64,000 bases of DNA from Candidatus Kerfeldbacteria bacterium. GTDB taxonomy: Bacteria > Patescibacteriota > Patescibacteriia > SBBC01 > CAIJZX01. The translations under genes and the position numbers were made by a program. The notes below the pieces were generated by a model. The model saw only the letters and a program-made list of their open reading frames with translations. It did not search any database and had not been told where the DNA came from. Positions 32,550-42,586 of this stretch are shown here, piece by piece. The stretch is from the NCBI GenBank assembly GCA_016193315.1, contig JACPSJ010000001.1, positions 727,478 to 791,477 of the forward strand. Reading direction: 5' to 3'. Positions within the stretch are counted from its first letter, which is position 1; each line of letters begins with the position of its first letter.

Positions 32550-33818
32550 TTAGACGGCGCGCACTATGGGTATAAATGGTTTCGGATCTTTGAACGGACC
32601 GAGCATCGCCAACCGCATGGCCGTCGGCCGGAATAATTGGCGGGCCACTCGCTGAACATCGCGAGCCGTGACTTTCATAATCCTGCCCATTACCTGATCG
32701 GGTGTTTCAATCTTCGGATGGAATAACGCTTGGCGTCCGTACCAGGAAGCGATGGCATCCGAATCTTCAAGATCGAGAATCATCTTGCCGCGGAGGAATT
32801 CCTTGGTTCGCTTTAGCTCGGACGAAGGCACCGGTGTCGACTTCACCTTTCGCAATTCGCTCGTCATGACGCGCAGCGCTTCGGCCACTCGACTCTTTTC
32901 CAGGCCAGCTTGGACCATAAAGGTGCCAGTATCTTCATAGGGATTCACCGAGGCGCTGACGGAATACGCCAAGCCACGGCGTTCGCGGACCTGGATGAAA
33001 AGTCGCGAGCTCATGTTACCGCCGAGGAGAACGCTCAGGACGCTGGCCGCCGGTAGCCGTCGATCTGTGTAACGGAAACCTTTGACCCCGACCGCCAGCT
33101 GCACCTGCTCCGAATCTTTCCATTTCAGCTTGACCGGAGACGTCGCGGCCGGGCGATAGGGCCGGGCCACACTCTGGTGAGGCTTACTCGGCAAGGAACG
33201 GAAAAAACGCCGCAGCTCCGTGTCCAGTCCATGTCCGATTCTCCCGGCCACCACCACCCACATGTTGCGCGCCTGGTAGTGCCGGTCACGGAATTGAATC
33301 AGGCTGGTGCGGCTGACGCGACGGATAACCTCTCGCGGGCCAGCAATATTCCAACCGAGCGGATGGTGGTCGCCGAACACGGTGGTTTCGAACAGGTCAT
33401 CAATCGACATAACCGGGTTGTCCTCGTAGAGATTGATTTCTTCAATAATCACGCCTCGTTCGCGTTCAATTTCTTTGGGCGCGAAGAGTGAATTTTGCAA
33501 CATATCGCTGACTACGTCGAGCGCTAGTTCGGTGTGCTCGTGATTGATCTTGACATAGTACCCGGTCCAGTCTTTACTGGTAAAGGCATTATACCGGGCG
33601 CCGACGCCATCGAGCAGGCGGGAGATGGCCAAGGTCGACGGCCGCCGCTTCGTGCCTTTGAACATCAAATGTTCGATAAAATGGGCGATGCCGTTGGTGC
33701 GGCGCGTCTCGTAGCGCGAACCGACTTTGGTAAAAACAAAGACCGTCACCGCTTTCGTATCATGGAGCGGGACGAGCAGCAAGCGCAACCCGTTCGGCAA
33801 CGTCTCGACTTTCATCAC
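32550..33818 (-). CDS. M16 family zinc peptidase (pitrilysin-like)
   Basis: Inverted zinc motif HFIEH near N-terminus (GIAHFIEHLMFKGT). 422 aa. Confidence 0.85.
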   Translation of the reverse strand: MMKVETLPNGLRLLLVPLHDTKAVTVFVFTKVGSRYETRRTNGIAHFIEHLMFKGTKRRPSTLAISRLLDGVGARYNAFTSKDWTGYYVKINHEHTELALDVVSDMLQNSLFAPKEIERERGVIIEEINLYEDNPVMSIDDLFETTVFGDHHPLGWNIAGPREVIRRVSRTSLIQFRDRHYQARNMWVVVAGRIGHGLDTELRRFFRSLPSKPHQSVARPYRPAATSPVKLKWKDSEQVQLAVGVKGFRYTDRRLPAASVLSVLLGGNMSSRLFIQVRERRGLAYSVSASVNPYEDTGTFMVQAGLEKSRVAEALRVMTSELRKVKSTPVPSSELKRTKEFLRGKMILDLEDSDAIASWYGRQALFHPKIETPDQVMGRIMKVTARDVQRVARQLFRPTAMRLAMLGPFKDPKPFIPIVRAV

Positions 33819-34492
33819 GGCGTGTCCTTGATGATGAAAACTTTTTGTTGGCTGACCAGATAGCTGGTCAGTTCGAAATTCTGGCCGCTCGACGTATAGC
33901 CGTAGTAATGAGTCGGATGTTCGGGGTCGATCGGTTCGTTGAAGCTGCCGCCGTAAAAATCCTTCAGCGTCTGGTAGAGAACGTCGGCGGTGCCGCGATC
34001 AAGTCGGATCTGTTTGCCGCCGGTTGAGGGGTAAGCGCGTTTGACGGCGTAGTACGCTTTCAGTCGGTATTTCAAGCTGATCAAATCTTGCTGGCGAAAA
34101 ATATCGGTTAGGCTAGAGGATTGGTCGACCAACCGCTCCTTGTCACGCTGCTCCTGGCGGTTCAGCTCGGCTTGCGTGGCGGAGTCGATGGCTAAGTAGT
34201 CGCCGCTGTTGAGGGCATTGCCATTGCCCAAGATACCGTTAACGCTGAGATTGGCGTTGCTGGTATTCTTGTTGATTACAGCGTTGGCATTCGGCACCAC
34301 CGTGGAGGGGATTTTTGACTCGTTGGCGGCCTTCTCGGCCTGCTGTTGTCCCTGCTTCAAACCGATCACCAGCCCGACGCTCAAACCGACCACGAAGATC
34401 ACCGGGTAGAGCAGGAGAGTAATAATTTGGGCCGGCGTCAGCTTTCGTGATTTTTCCGGCAACGCGGTGGCGGGGTCGATCAGGACAGGCAT
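33815..34492 (-). CDS. hypothetical membrane-anchored/secreted protein (Asn-rich)
   Basis: N-terminal TM helix, then an N/S/T-rich linker and a C-terminal domain. 4-nt overlap with the M16 peptidase. Confidence 0.45.
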   Translation of the reverse strand: MPVLIDPATALPEKSRKLTPAQIITLLLYPVIFVVGLSVGLVIGLKQGQQQAEKAANESKIPSTVVPNANAVINKNTSNANLSVNGILGNGNALNSGDYLAIDSATQAELNRQEQRDKERLVDQSSSLTDIFRQQDLISLKYRLKAYYAVKRAYPSTGGKQIRLDRGTADVLYQTLKDFYGGSFNEPIDPEHPTHYYGYTSSGQNFELTSYLVSQQKVFIIKDTP

Positions 34493-34554
34493 GGTTGTTG
34501 GTCTTACTGAAAACTAGTCTAGCATATTTAGCTACTTTCCCCTAAGGCCGCGGC

Positions 34555-34930
34555 GAGCGATCGGGAGCCGCGACAGAAAAATACCTGGTCGCGAGGAACG
34601 TTTGCAAGACTGGGTCTGGTGGGGTCGGGGCGGCATTACGCGGAGCGGGATAGCGAGTAAATTGCTTTACTCGCGGCCGCCGAGACGGGCCGAGCTCTGT
34701 TTCGGAGGAATAGCGAGGCCCAAGAGGCAACGAGCAAACGGACGATCGACACACAAGGGAAGGGAGGCAGTCCCGACCGCGAAAGCGCGTCGGGACGGTC
34801 GGAACGGGCCGTAGACCGGCAGCCGAAGGCCAAGCAGATGAACTGCTTCATGTGCGTCCGGTCGGAGGTGGGCCGGCCGATGCTTCGAAGGAGCCGGACG
34901 GCTCAGGGATACCATCGGTTTCCCTCCGAG
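34555..34930. ncRNA. candidate structured non-coding RNA (unclassified)
   Basis: ~390 nt with no convincing ORF between two co-oriented genes. Very GC-rich with many perfect hairpins (e.g. gtcccgaccgcgaaagcgcgtcgggac; cgcgagtaaattgctttactcgcg). Contains copy 2 of the 27-nt hairpin repeat. Confidence 0.25.
34841..34869 (+). repeat. 27-nt hairpin repeat, copy 2 (aagcagatgaactgcttcatgtgcgtcc)
   Basis: 27/28 identity with 11524-11552. Followed by a second hairpin with loop atgcttcgaagga, as in copy 1. Confidence 0.5.
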
Positions 34931-34931
34931 A

Positions 34932-36674
34932 CTACCACGACCCCCCACCACCCCCGCCAAAACCGCCGCCGGAGAATCCACCGCCACCGAACCCAGACGA
35001 ACCGCTGGCCGCCGGCGGGGCGAAGCTGCGGAGCGTGCGAGCGGAAAAACTGTTCATGGCCGACCACAACATCAGACTGTTGAAACTACCAGGGTATGAT
35101 CCGTGATACCACGATGGCGGCGGCTGGTTGAGGCCGGCGAAAGCCTGACTCCACTTCTCGGCCACGCCAAAGGCCATGGCGTACGGCAAGTACTGTTCAA
35201 AGATATTCTGGCGCTCCTGCCATTGTAAACGATACTTCTCGGCCTTTTCCAGAAACAGCTTGAACCCGCGGGCGTGCCAGAAGGCAGTCACGCCTTTTGA
35301 GGTGCGCTTCGGCATGACGCCGGCGAAAACGATGATCAGCAGCCCGATGATGGCCAGGCCGAGCTGCGGGAAAAGCGTAAACGCCACCACCAGCCCGAGT
35401 ACCAGCACGCCGCCGCCGACCAAGCCGGCTCGCACGCGCGCTTGTGACGGATCAGTCAGAAAGTACCCTTGTTCGGCTACCTGGCGGTAGAGATCCGATT
35501 GGATGGCCCGGACGTCGTCGGCGAAGGCGCCCTTTAGTTCAGACAGCCGGACGGAATCGCCGTCGGCAAACAGACCTGATAGCAGTTGGCGTTCATGTGC
35601 CCGGAGCGGTGGGTCGTCTTTTCGTTTACGCCGGCGAAGTTCGTAATCAGTTGACGCGGCCAAACCGAGCAGTTTCTTCTCTTTTGTTTCGGTAATGTCC
35701 ACGTAACCGCGAACGGCCAAGTCGATGATGGTGGCGACCACGTCGCGTTGATTGGCGCGTTCGTCAAAGAGGACGCCCATCTCACCCGGCGTCATCCCGG
35801 GCGGCGGGTCGTACTGGGCGATGACCGTGCCCGGCCCGGCCGGATCGCGACCCTGCCGCTTCCAATATCGCCACAGCCAGACCGCCAAGATCAGCGGCAA
35901 GGCAATATCGCCGATGATGACGGCCGGTCCTGACCGGAAAACAGCCCGCCATCCCGGCCCCAAACCGCCGCCCTGCCGAAGCTGGTCGTAGTTGCCTGGT
36001 TTCGTCACCACTCCGGTGGGCCAGCCGACGACCACGGTCAGGTAGTCGTTGCTAGCGAATGTGGCGCTCGAGATATCGGTGGTGAATCGGCACTCTTCAC
36101 TCTTCGACCCCACGGCGCCGGTGAAACAGCGAGACTGCAATTCATTGATGGGTACCTGTCCCGGCAACCTGACGGTGGCGTCGACTTGCCGAATCGGCAC
36201 TTCCCAGTCCGAACCGGTGACGTTCCAGTAGAGTTCGTCGTAGTCGTCAAAAAAGTTAACCGCCGCCAGCGCGCGGTAGCGAAGGGAATACGTGTGTTCG
36301 CCGCTGATCGTGCGATCAGGATCGCCTATTTTCCAGCGAACCGTGTCGGCGAATGACGATTGTTCGTACGGCACCGATCCCCCATCAAGAGTAATCTCAT
36401 CCAGTTCAATCGGCACGCTTATCCGATCAGCTCGATCTGTGGCGTAACGAAACGGTAGGTCACGGAAAATACCGTGCTTCGGCACAAAAAAATTGACCTC
36501 GATCGTTTCCGTGACATCAATCGAAGCGTCGGACTGAACGGTGACCGCTGAATGAAAGCGACTGATCGCCCAGTCGGCGGCCGTGGCCGGCCGAGCTATC
36601 AGGAATCCGACGACCGCGGTCAGAACAAAGTAACTACGCCAAGCGCTCACGGAGATAGTCGACCAGTTCTCCAA
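34932..36674 (-). CDS. DUF2207 domain-containing membrane protein with C-terminal Gly-rich tail
   Basis: N-terminal signal/TM, large extracytoplasmic domain, TM helices around LPLILAVWLW and VLVLGLVVAF, C-terminal GFGGGGFSGGGFGGGGGGSW. Confidence 0.65.
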   Translation of the reverse strand: MENWSTISVSAWRSYFVLTAVVGFLIARPATAADWAISRFHSAVTVQSDASIDVTETIEVNFFVPKHGIFRDLPFRYATDRADRISVPIELDEITLDGGSVPYEQSSFADTVRWKIGDPDRTISGEHTYSLRYRALAAVNFFDDYDELYWNVTGSDWEVPIRQVDATVRLPGQVPINELQSRCFTGAVGSKSEECRFTTDISSATFASNDYLTVVVGWPTGVVTKPGNYDQLRQGGGLGPGWRAVFRSGPAVIIGDIALPLILAVWLWRYWKRQGRDPAGPGTVIAQYDPPPGMTPGEMGVLFDERANQRDVVATIIDLAVRGYVDITETKEKKLLGLAASTDYELRRRKRKDDPPLRAHERQLLSGLFADGDSVRLSELKGAFADDVRAIQSDLYRQVAEQGYFLTDPSQARVRAGLVGGGVLVLGLVVAFTLFPQLGLAIIGLLIIVFAGVMPKRTSKGVTAFWHARGFKLFLEKAEKYRLQWQERQNIFEQYLPYAMAFGVAEKWSQAFAGLNQPPPSWYHGSYPGSFNSLMLWSAMNSFSARTLRSFAPPAASGSSGFGGGGFSGGGFGGGGGGSW

Positions 36675-37968
36675 TCGCCACGTCAGTTTGCTTCATCGAA
36701 TCGCGCTCGCGGACCGTGACCGTGCCCTTGGGGCGTTTGCCGCCTTCGAGGGTGTCGAAGTCGATGGTCACGCAGAACGGCGTGCCGATTTCGTCTTGGC
36801 TATAGTACCGCTTGCCGATGTTGCCGCGATCATCCCAAGCCACCATGAAGTGCGATTGGAGTTGGTGAAAAATATCCCGCGCTTGCTTGACCAGGGGCGG
36901 CTTGTTTGCCAAGAGCGGAAACACCGCGACTTTGTACGGTGCCAACCTCGGGTGCAGTTTTAGGACCAAGCGGTCATCCTCTTGGTGGTAGGCCTCGATC
37001 AGAAAGAACAGCAGCGAGCGATCGACGCCGGCCGAGGTTTCAATGTCCCACGGCAGAAACACGTCGCCGCTCTCAGGGTCTCGGTATCGAACGTCCTGCC
37101 CGGAAAATTCTTGGTGCCGCTTGAGATCCCAGTCCCCGCGATCATGGATGCCGATGAACTCCGCCCAGCCGAAGGGGCTGTGGTATTCGATATCGAACGC
37201 TTGCTGAGCATAGTGGGCTCGCTCTTGAGGCCGGTGCTCATGCCATCGCAAGTGCCGCGGGTTTAATCCGTACCTCACATACCAATCCCAACGATCCTGT
37301 TTCCAGTACGAAAACCATTTGTCAGCCTCTTTGTTATCCGGTCGAATGTAGAACTGCGTCTCCATCTGTTCAAACTCGCGGCTGCGGAAGGTAAAATTCC
37401 CAGGGGTTATTTCGTTGCGAAAGGCCTTGCCGATTTGGGCAATGCCGAATGGGATTTTGACCCGAGTGGTATCGAGAATATTCTTGAAATTCACCTGCGC
37501 TCCGTTGGTGATTTCGCCGCGCAGATAGATTTGCTGTTTTTCGCCCTCGATCACGCCGAGGAAGGCCGGTACCAGCAGATTGAACTTTTTTGGTTCGGTC
37601 CAGCTGGCTTTCTTGTTGGGGTGGGTGGTGGCGTGAGCTTTAATTTCACCTTCATGGTCAGCCCGAAAACGCTGATGACAAATTTTGCACTCGATCAATG
37701 GATCAGTGAAAGCTTCGACATGCCCAGAAGCCTCCCACGCCCGGGGGTTCATCATGATGGCCGCATCGATGCCAACCATGTCTTCGCGTCGCTCGACCAC
37801 ATCGGTCCACCAGGCGTCTTTGATACTCTTTTTAAAGAGTGCGCCGAGTGGACCATAATCCCAGGTACCAGCCAAGCCGCTGTAGATTTCTGAACCTGGA
37901 TAGATAAAGCCGCGCCGTTTGGCAAAACTGACAATCTCGCCCATCAAGTTCGGTTCCGGCGCCGCCAT
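36634..37968 (-). CDS. glyS: glycine--tRNA ligase (single-chain type)
   Basis: …EIVSFAKRRGFIYPGSEIYSGLAGTWDYGPLG… class II core and anticodon-binding domain. Start placed at the internal MAAPEPNLMGEIV of the 468-aa ORF. Confidence 0.85.
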   Translation of the reverse strand: MAAPEPNLMGEIVSFAKRRGFIYPGSEIYSGLAGTWDYGPLGALFKKSIKDAWWTDVVERREDMVGIDAAIMMNPRAWEASGHVEAFTDPLIECKICHQRFRADHEGEIKAHATTHPNKKASWTEPKKFNLLVPAFLGVIEGEKQQIYLRGEITNGAQVNFKNILDTTRVKIPFGIAQIGKAFRNEITPGNFTFRSREFEQMETQFYIRPDNKEADKWFSYWKQDRWDWYVRYGLNPRHLRWHEHRPQERAHYAQQAFDIEYHSPFGWAEFIGIHDRGDWDLKRHQEFSGQDVRYRDPESGDVFLPWDIETSAGVDRSLLFFLIEAYHQEDDRLVLKLHPRLAPYKVAVFPLLANKPPLVKQARDIFHQLQSHFMVAWDDRGNIGKRYYSQDEIGTPFCVTIDFDTLEGGKRPKGTVTVRERDSMKQTDVAIGELVDYLRERLA

Positions 37969-38036
37969 GATAACCTCAATGGTAGCAAGAATTGGACAAA
38001 ATTCAAGAGGGATTTCGAAATGAAAAACACCCGTCG

Positions 38037-38579
38037 TCATGCGGCGGGTGGTTCGCTCGGGCCTCCGGTCAATGTGCTCGGGCGGACCGCGCCGGTCGGC
38101 TCTGGACTTGGAGTTCCGAGAACGGTCTCAATCGAACCGCGCCATTCGAACCGCACGAACCAACTGCGATTCTTCGGTTGCCCTTCGACCGGCGGCGACT
38201 CCGTCGAACCGAGAGAAACGTTCGTATTCCGCTGGAAGTGCTCCTGGAGAGCCGGGTTAGCCCTGAAGAGGGCAGAAATCAACCAGGTGCACAGCCGACC
38301 AGGGGGAGTCAGCTTGCCTTCGGACAATTGACGATACTCGCTGAGCGACTCCATCACCGGTTGTGGAATCCAAGTCCCGACTGCTTGGCCCTCCGGAATC
38401 CGCCCGCCGAGTTTTTCCCCCACCTCCTGGCTGAAGGAAAACGTTAGATCCCCGCCAGCGGTCCGAAAGTACTGGATCCACTGGTGTCCGAGCCGCAACT
38501 GGTCTTCGTCCGTGAGCTCCAATTTGGAGCCCGGCCGCTCCGGTTCGATGTGGACTTCGGGTCTGGTTACCACCGGCAT
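38037..38579 (-). CDS. hypothetical protein
   Basis: 180-aa ORF downstream of clpC-like and upstream of glyS. No recognisable motif. Confidence 0.35.
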   Translation of the reverse strand: MPVVTRPEVHIEPERPGSKLELTDEDQLRLGHQWIQYFRTAGGDLTFSFSQEVGEKLGGRIPEGQAVGTWIPQPVMESLSEYRQLSEGKLTPPGRLCTWLISALFRANPALQEHFQRNTNVSLGSTESPPVEGQPKNRSWFVRFEWRGSIETVLGTPSPEPTGAVRPSTLTGGPSEPPAA

Positions 38580-38738
38580 AACCCCTCCTTGTGAAAGGTC
38601 GCAGATATTGTGGTCGGCGACACCTTATCGAAAGCCGGACCGTTTGTCAACAGCAGCGAACCACCTGCTTCCGGACGCTTCAGGAATTGGACACCAGCCG
38701 ATCGCCTAGCGGTCGGCGTTTTTCTTCACGCCGAGTGG

Positions 38739-41474
38739 TTATCCCACCGGCTTGGCTTTCTCCACCCGCAGCGTGCCGCCCGGCTCGAGCACGGCCACGT
38801 CGCGCCGGCCCAACTGTCCCTGGAGGAGAAATTTCGCAATCGCGTCATCAACCCGCTCTTGGACCAGCCGACGGAGCGGGCGGGCACCGAAGACTGGGTC
38901 GTATCCAGTTTGGGCCAGTTCGGCGATCGCTTCCGGCGAAGCTTTGAGGGTGATGCCCTTCGTCTGCAGATGTCGGGCGATCTCGTTGATCATCAGGCCG
39001 ACAATCTTGACAATCTGGATCGGGCTGAGTGGCTTAAAGACCACGACGGCATCAAAGCGGTTGAGGAATTCCGGTCGGAAGTACTGCTGGAGAATGTCAT
39101 TGATCAATTCTTGTTTGATCGTTTCCATCAACGCACCTTCGCGGAGTCGATTCTGAATATGCTGCGTGCCGGCGTTGGAGGTGGCAATGATGATGACATT
39201 GGTGAAATCAATGGTCCGTCCGGAAGCATCGGTCAACCGTCCGTCGTCCATCACCTGGAGAAAAAGATTGAGCACATCGGGATGGGCTTTTTCTAATTCA
39301 TCGAGCAGGACCAGTGAGAACGGTCGGTGCCGGACTGCCTCCGTTAGCAGGCCGCCGCTGGACCCGCCGTAGCCCGGCGGGGCGCCGAGTAGACGGTGGA
39401 TGCTGGCGATGTCTTGATACTCCGACATATCGAGCCGGACCATCGACGTGGCCGAGCCAAAGTAAACGGCCGCCACGGTTTTCGCCAGCTCCGTCTTGCC
39501 CACGCCGGTCGGCCCGAGAAAAAGGAAACTGGCGATCGGGCGTTTGGTGTCGCGGATTTCCGCCCGGGCGCGACGGAGGGCATTGGATACAGCCTTGACC
39601 GCTTCATCTTGGCCGACGATCCGACCATGGATCTCGTCTTCGAGGTGCAGCAGCTTCGACTGTTCGTCGGCGGTCACACTTCGGACGTTGATCTTCGATT
39701 GCTCGGAAATAATAGTCGCTACGTCGTCACCTAGGACGAGCGCCCGTGGGCCCCGGGCCCGGCGAGCTAGGGTAGCGGCTTCGGCCAGAATCTCTAGGGC
39801 TTTCCCCGGCTGCGTTTTTTCGTGGAGGTAGCGCTGCGACAATCGGACGGCTCGGTCAATGGCGTCATAGGTAAAATATACTTCGTGCTTCGCTTCCAGG
39901 GCGCCGATTCGCGACTCAACCGCGACGATCGATTGTTCTTCATCCATTTCCGGGACTTCCACCAGTTCGAACGCGCCGCTCACGCCGCTGGGCTCGATCA
40001 GCCGCCGATAGGCGCTGACCTGGGCAGTGGCCGCGGACAAAAAGGTTCCACGTTGCAGTTCTTCAGCAATCATATGGGCTGCATCCAGCCCGCCGCCGCT
40101 CGACGACACACCGACCAGTTGGTCGAAGTCTTCAATCGCCAACACGATATTCCCCGCCCGAACTAATTCCTGGATGATGAGGGCCACCCGTTCTTCCAGC
40201 TCGCCCATCCCACCAGCCCCGGCCACGAGCGCCGCCGAGGATAAGCTGACCAGCCGCTTGTCTTGGAGGATCGTCGGCACATCCTCGGCCACCATTCGCT
40301 CGGCCAGTGCGTTGAGGACGGTCGTTTTGCCGACGCCGACATCGCCCACCAGCATCACGCTCCGCCGGCCGCTGGCCATGATCCGGAATATTTTTTTCAG
40401 CTCCTCGTCACGGCCGATGACGTAGGGCAGTACCCCTTCGCGAGCACGGCGAGTCAAATCAAGGCTGAAACGATCGAGGACCGGCGTGGCCGAAGCGGTG
40501 TAACCACGATCAATGACGCCGCGCGGCTTCATGGCTGCCCGCTGCCGGTACCGTCGCAGCCTCGTCCGCAAGTCTTCCTGAATCAACAGCCAGGCGATGA
40601 CGTGTTCGAGCCGCTGTTCATCAACTCCCAATTCGTACAATAGTTCCCGGGCCGGATCTTCCAGTTCGCTGATGGCCGCCATCAAATACGGCGGTGTGAC
40701 CCGATCTAAGCGGTCGCCGGCGGCCCGTCGAAAAGCGTGGATGAGCAAAGTTCGCGTGGCCAGACTCGGCACCGGGTCAATCGAGCCAGACGGCTGGTGG
40801 CTATCGAATGTGGCTAGGCGCTCGCGCATCGTGTCCGGCCTGAGCCCCATGCGCACAATCATGCTGGCCACCTGTGGTGTGGTGGTCAACACGTGGAGGA
40901 CGTGGGCGGGGGTCATTTCCGACCGCCGGCGTTGCTGTGCCAAGAACCAGGCCTGATCCATAATCCGGAGCGCTGCTTCAGAGAAGCGACTGCCCACATC
41001 GAGGTGTCTTGTGCCCGCTGTCCAAGCCTGATCGACCGGAAGTTGATCGGTCCCGGGCGGAATGCGCGGATAGAACATGGTTTCCCGCTCCAGGCGGTAG
41101 TAAAGGTAGAGCGCGGCCACGATCCCGAGCCACCAAGCAGCCAAACTGACGTCGCGGGCGAGCCAGGTGAGCAGCAACTGCCCATCGAGCAAAGCGCGGT
41201 AGAGAACGGGTCCGCCCAAAACCGCGCCGCCGATAACAAGCAGCATTAACAGCCCGGTGATGAGTAGTTTGATGACATGCTCCTGGCGTCGCTCGGCGAT
41301 GGTCAGAGCGTTGATCGGATGAGACCATGACCACCAGCGCCCGGCCCACCAGGTGGCCAGGCCCGCCCCCTGACAGGTAGGGCAGGTTCGGGTTTGCCGA
41401 CGCTGGTCGACCAGCATCCCGTGTCCGCCACAAGTTAGGCAGCGGGCCAGTTCGGCGGATGGCGAACCAGCCAT
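38739..41474 (-). CDS. ClpC-type double AAA+ Clp ATPase with N-terminal zinc ribbon and two transmembrane helices
   Basis: N-terminus CLTCGGHG…CPTCQG, then two hydrophobic helices (IKLLITGLLMLLVIGGAVLGG; LAAWWLGIVAALYLYY), then a Clp_N repeat pair. D1 Walker A GDVGVGKTT. Short middle region. D2 Walker A GPTGVGKTE, sensor and C-terminal domain. Confidence 0.85.
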   Translation of the reverse strand: MAGSPSAELARCLTCGGHGMLVDQRRQTRTCPTCQGAGLATWWAGRWWSWSHPINALTIAERRQEHVIKLLITGLLMLLVIGGAVLGGPVLYRALLDGQLLLTWLARDVSLAAWWLGIVAALYLYYRLERETMFYPRIPPGTDQLPVDQAWTAGTRHLDVGSRFSEAALRIMDQAWFLAQQRRRSEMTPAHVLHVLTTTPQVASMIVRMGLRPDTMRERLATFDSHQPSGSIDPVPSLATRTLLIHAFRRAAGDRLDRVTPPYLMAAISELEDPARELLYELGVDEQRLEHVIAWLLIQEDLRTRLRRYRQRAAMKPRGVIDRGYTASATPVLDRFSLDLTRRAREGVLPYVIGRDEELKKIFRIMASGRRSVMLVGDVGVGKTTVLNALAERMVAEDVPTILQDKRLVSLSSAALVAGAGGMGELEERVALIIQELVRAGNIVLAIEDFDQLVGVSSSGGGLDAAHMIAEELQRGTFLSAATAQVSAYRRLIEPSGVSGAFELVEVPEMDEEQSIVAVESRIGALEAKHEVYFTYDAIDRAVRLSQRYLHEKTQPGKALEILAEAATLARRARGPRALVLGDDVATIISEQSKINVRSVTADEQSKLLHLEDEIHGRIVGQDEAVKAVSNALRRARAEIRDTKRPIASFLFLGPTGVGKTELAKTVAAVYFGSATSMVRLDMSEYQDIASIHRLLGAPPGYGGSSGGLLTEAVRHRPFSLVLLDELEKAHPDVLNLFLQVMDDGRLTDASGRTIDFTNVIIIATSNAGTQHIQNRLREGALMETIKQELINDILQQYFRPEFLNRFDAVVVFKPLSPIQIVKIVGLMINEIARHLQTKGITLKASPEAIAELAQTGYDPVFGARPLRRLVQERVDDAIAKFLLQGQLGRRDVAVLEPGGTLRVEKAKPVG

Positions 41475-41477
41475 GGT

Positions 41478-41849
41478 CTAGGCCGGAATGAGTTGACGGA
41501 TGAGCATCCCCACGGCCACGACTGGCACCAAGAGCCACAGCAGGAAGAGGAACACGATCACACCTGACCAGACAGTCAGCACGGCCAGCGACCAACCGAT
41601 CAGGAGGAGACGGAAGAAAAAACTGATGATCCGCCCGCTCCGCGAATAATCGGCGTACATCGGTTTGCCGATGTTGATGATCAGAAACCGCAGCCCAAGA
41701 CGATCGACCATACCCCACCACTGTCGCACGGTCCGGCGCCAGGTCAGACGCAGGCCATCGCTATACCACCAGACGGGAAAATACAAGATTTCTCCGATCA
41801 CCTCGCGAAGAACAAACGATAGGGTTCGACCAGTCAGCGACTTAGTCAT
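41478..41849 (-). CDS. small Trp-rich membrane protein
   Basis: 123 aa with 2-3 TM helices, directly upstream of the clpC-like gene (4-nt spacer). Confidence 0.45.
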   Translation of the reverse strand: MTKSLTGRTLSFVLREVIGEILYFPVWWYSDGLRLTWRRTVRQWWGMVDRLGLRFLIINIGKPMYADYSRSGRIISFFFRLLLIGWSLAVLTVWSGVIVFLFLLWLLVPVVAVGMLIRQLIPA

Positions 41850-42014
41850 GGAGAATTTTTCTTACTTTACCATTTTCCGCCGGCTCAGCCAAGGAAAAGC
41901 AGGCAGGGGGAGGCACCGTCGATCGTTTGCGCGCTCGGCGGTGCCTTTAGAGATGCTGGGTACTTGTATCTGTCCGCCAAAGACTGATTCCCTTCATGAC
42001 GCGACCTCCCGGTG

Positions 42015-42419
42015 CTAGTGGTCTTTCTTGGTATCGACTGTCCGTAGCCGATCCCACTGAACCCGTTTGTGACTGTCATTCTTCATCAGGACCACCCCCC
42101 ACTCCGGCTCGAAGCGACAGCCATTCTCCTCCATCTTCCAAGGCTCGGGTGGTAGGCTGCGGCCGATAACCGCGAGCAGCATCCCGCTTTCAAGGTTGCC
42201 ATCGGCACCAGGAAACATTACGGTGTCGCCTGGTTTGAAGCCGCCTCCGACGTCGCCCTTGAGCGTGAAGCTGAGGTCATCTCGTCCGTAGCTGAACAGG
42301 GCCCGATTGTATCCGTCGAGGGTACTCCAGACCCGATCCCGAGGCCAGCGCTGACCGATTCCAGTTGTGACTTCGTCGGTCAAAACTTCTAGTTCTGTAG
42401 CAGCAAGCAATGCAATCAC
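42015..42419 (-). CDS. hypothetical protein
   Basis: 134-aa ORF, no motif recognised. Confidence 0.35.
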   Translation of the reverse strand: MIALLAATELEVLTDEVTTGIGQRWPRDRVWSTLDGYNRALFSYGRDDLSFTLKGDVGGGFKPGDTVMFPGADGNLESGMLLAVIGRSLPPEPWKMEENGCRFEPEWGVVLMKNDSHKRVQWDRLRTVDTKKDH

Positions 42420-42586
42420 CTCCTAGGAAGGACAGATTGTGAAACAGCATCCCCTGTGCCTTCCACAATACAAGAGGCCTGGGTCATGTCAAGTGTGAAG
42501 ATCCATCATTTGACTACGGCCCCAAAAAAAGGTAGACCGAGATCAGCCGTCGTTCCTTCAACCCTGACTCGAGGAGGTGATCATCT

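Noticed and set aside
34555-34930. RNase P RNA (rnpB) assignment for the structured intergenic region
   Set aside because: Partial resemblances exist (GGAGGAAUAGCGAGGCCC; GCAACGAGCAAACGG; AGAUGAA). However, the universally conserved P4 strands (AGGAAAGUCCGGGCUCC / ACAGAAnCCGGCUUA) are absent on both strands, and the spacing is wrong. Left as unclassified.
38610-39296. 228-aa plus-strand ORF (and 38752..39156)
   Set aside because: Lies entirely antisense within the well-supported clpC-like gene.
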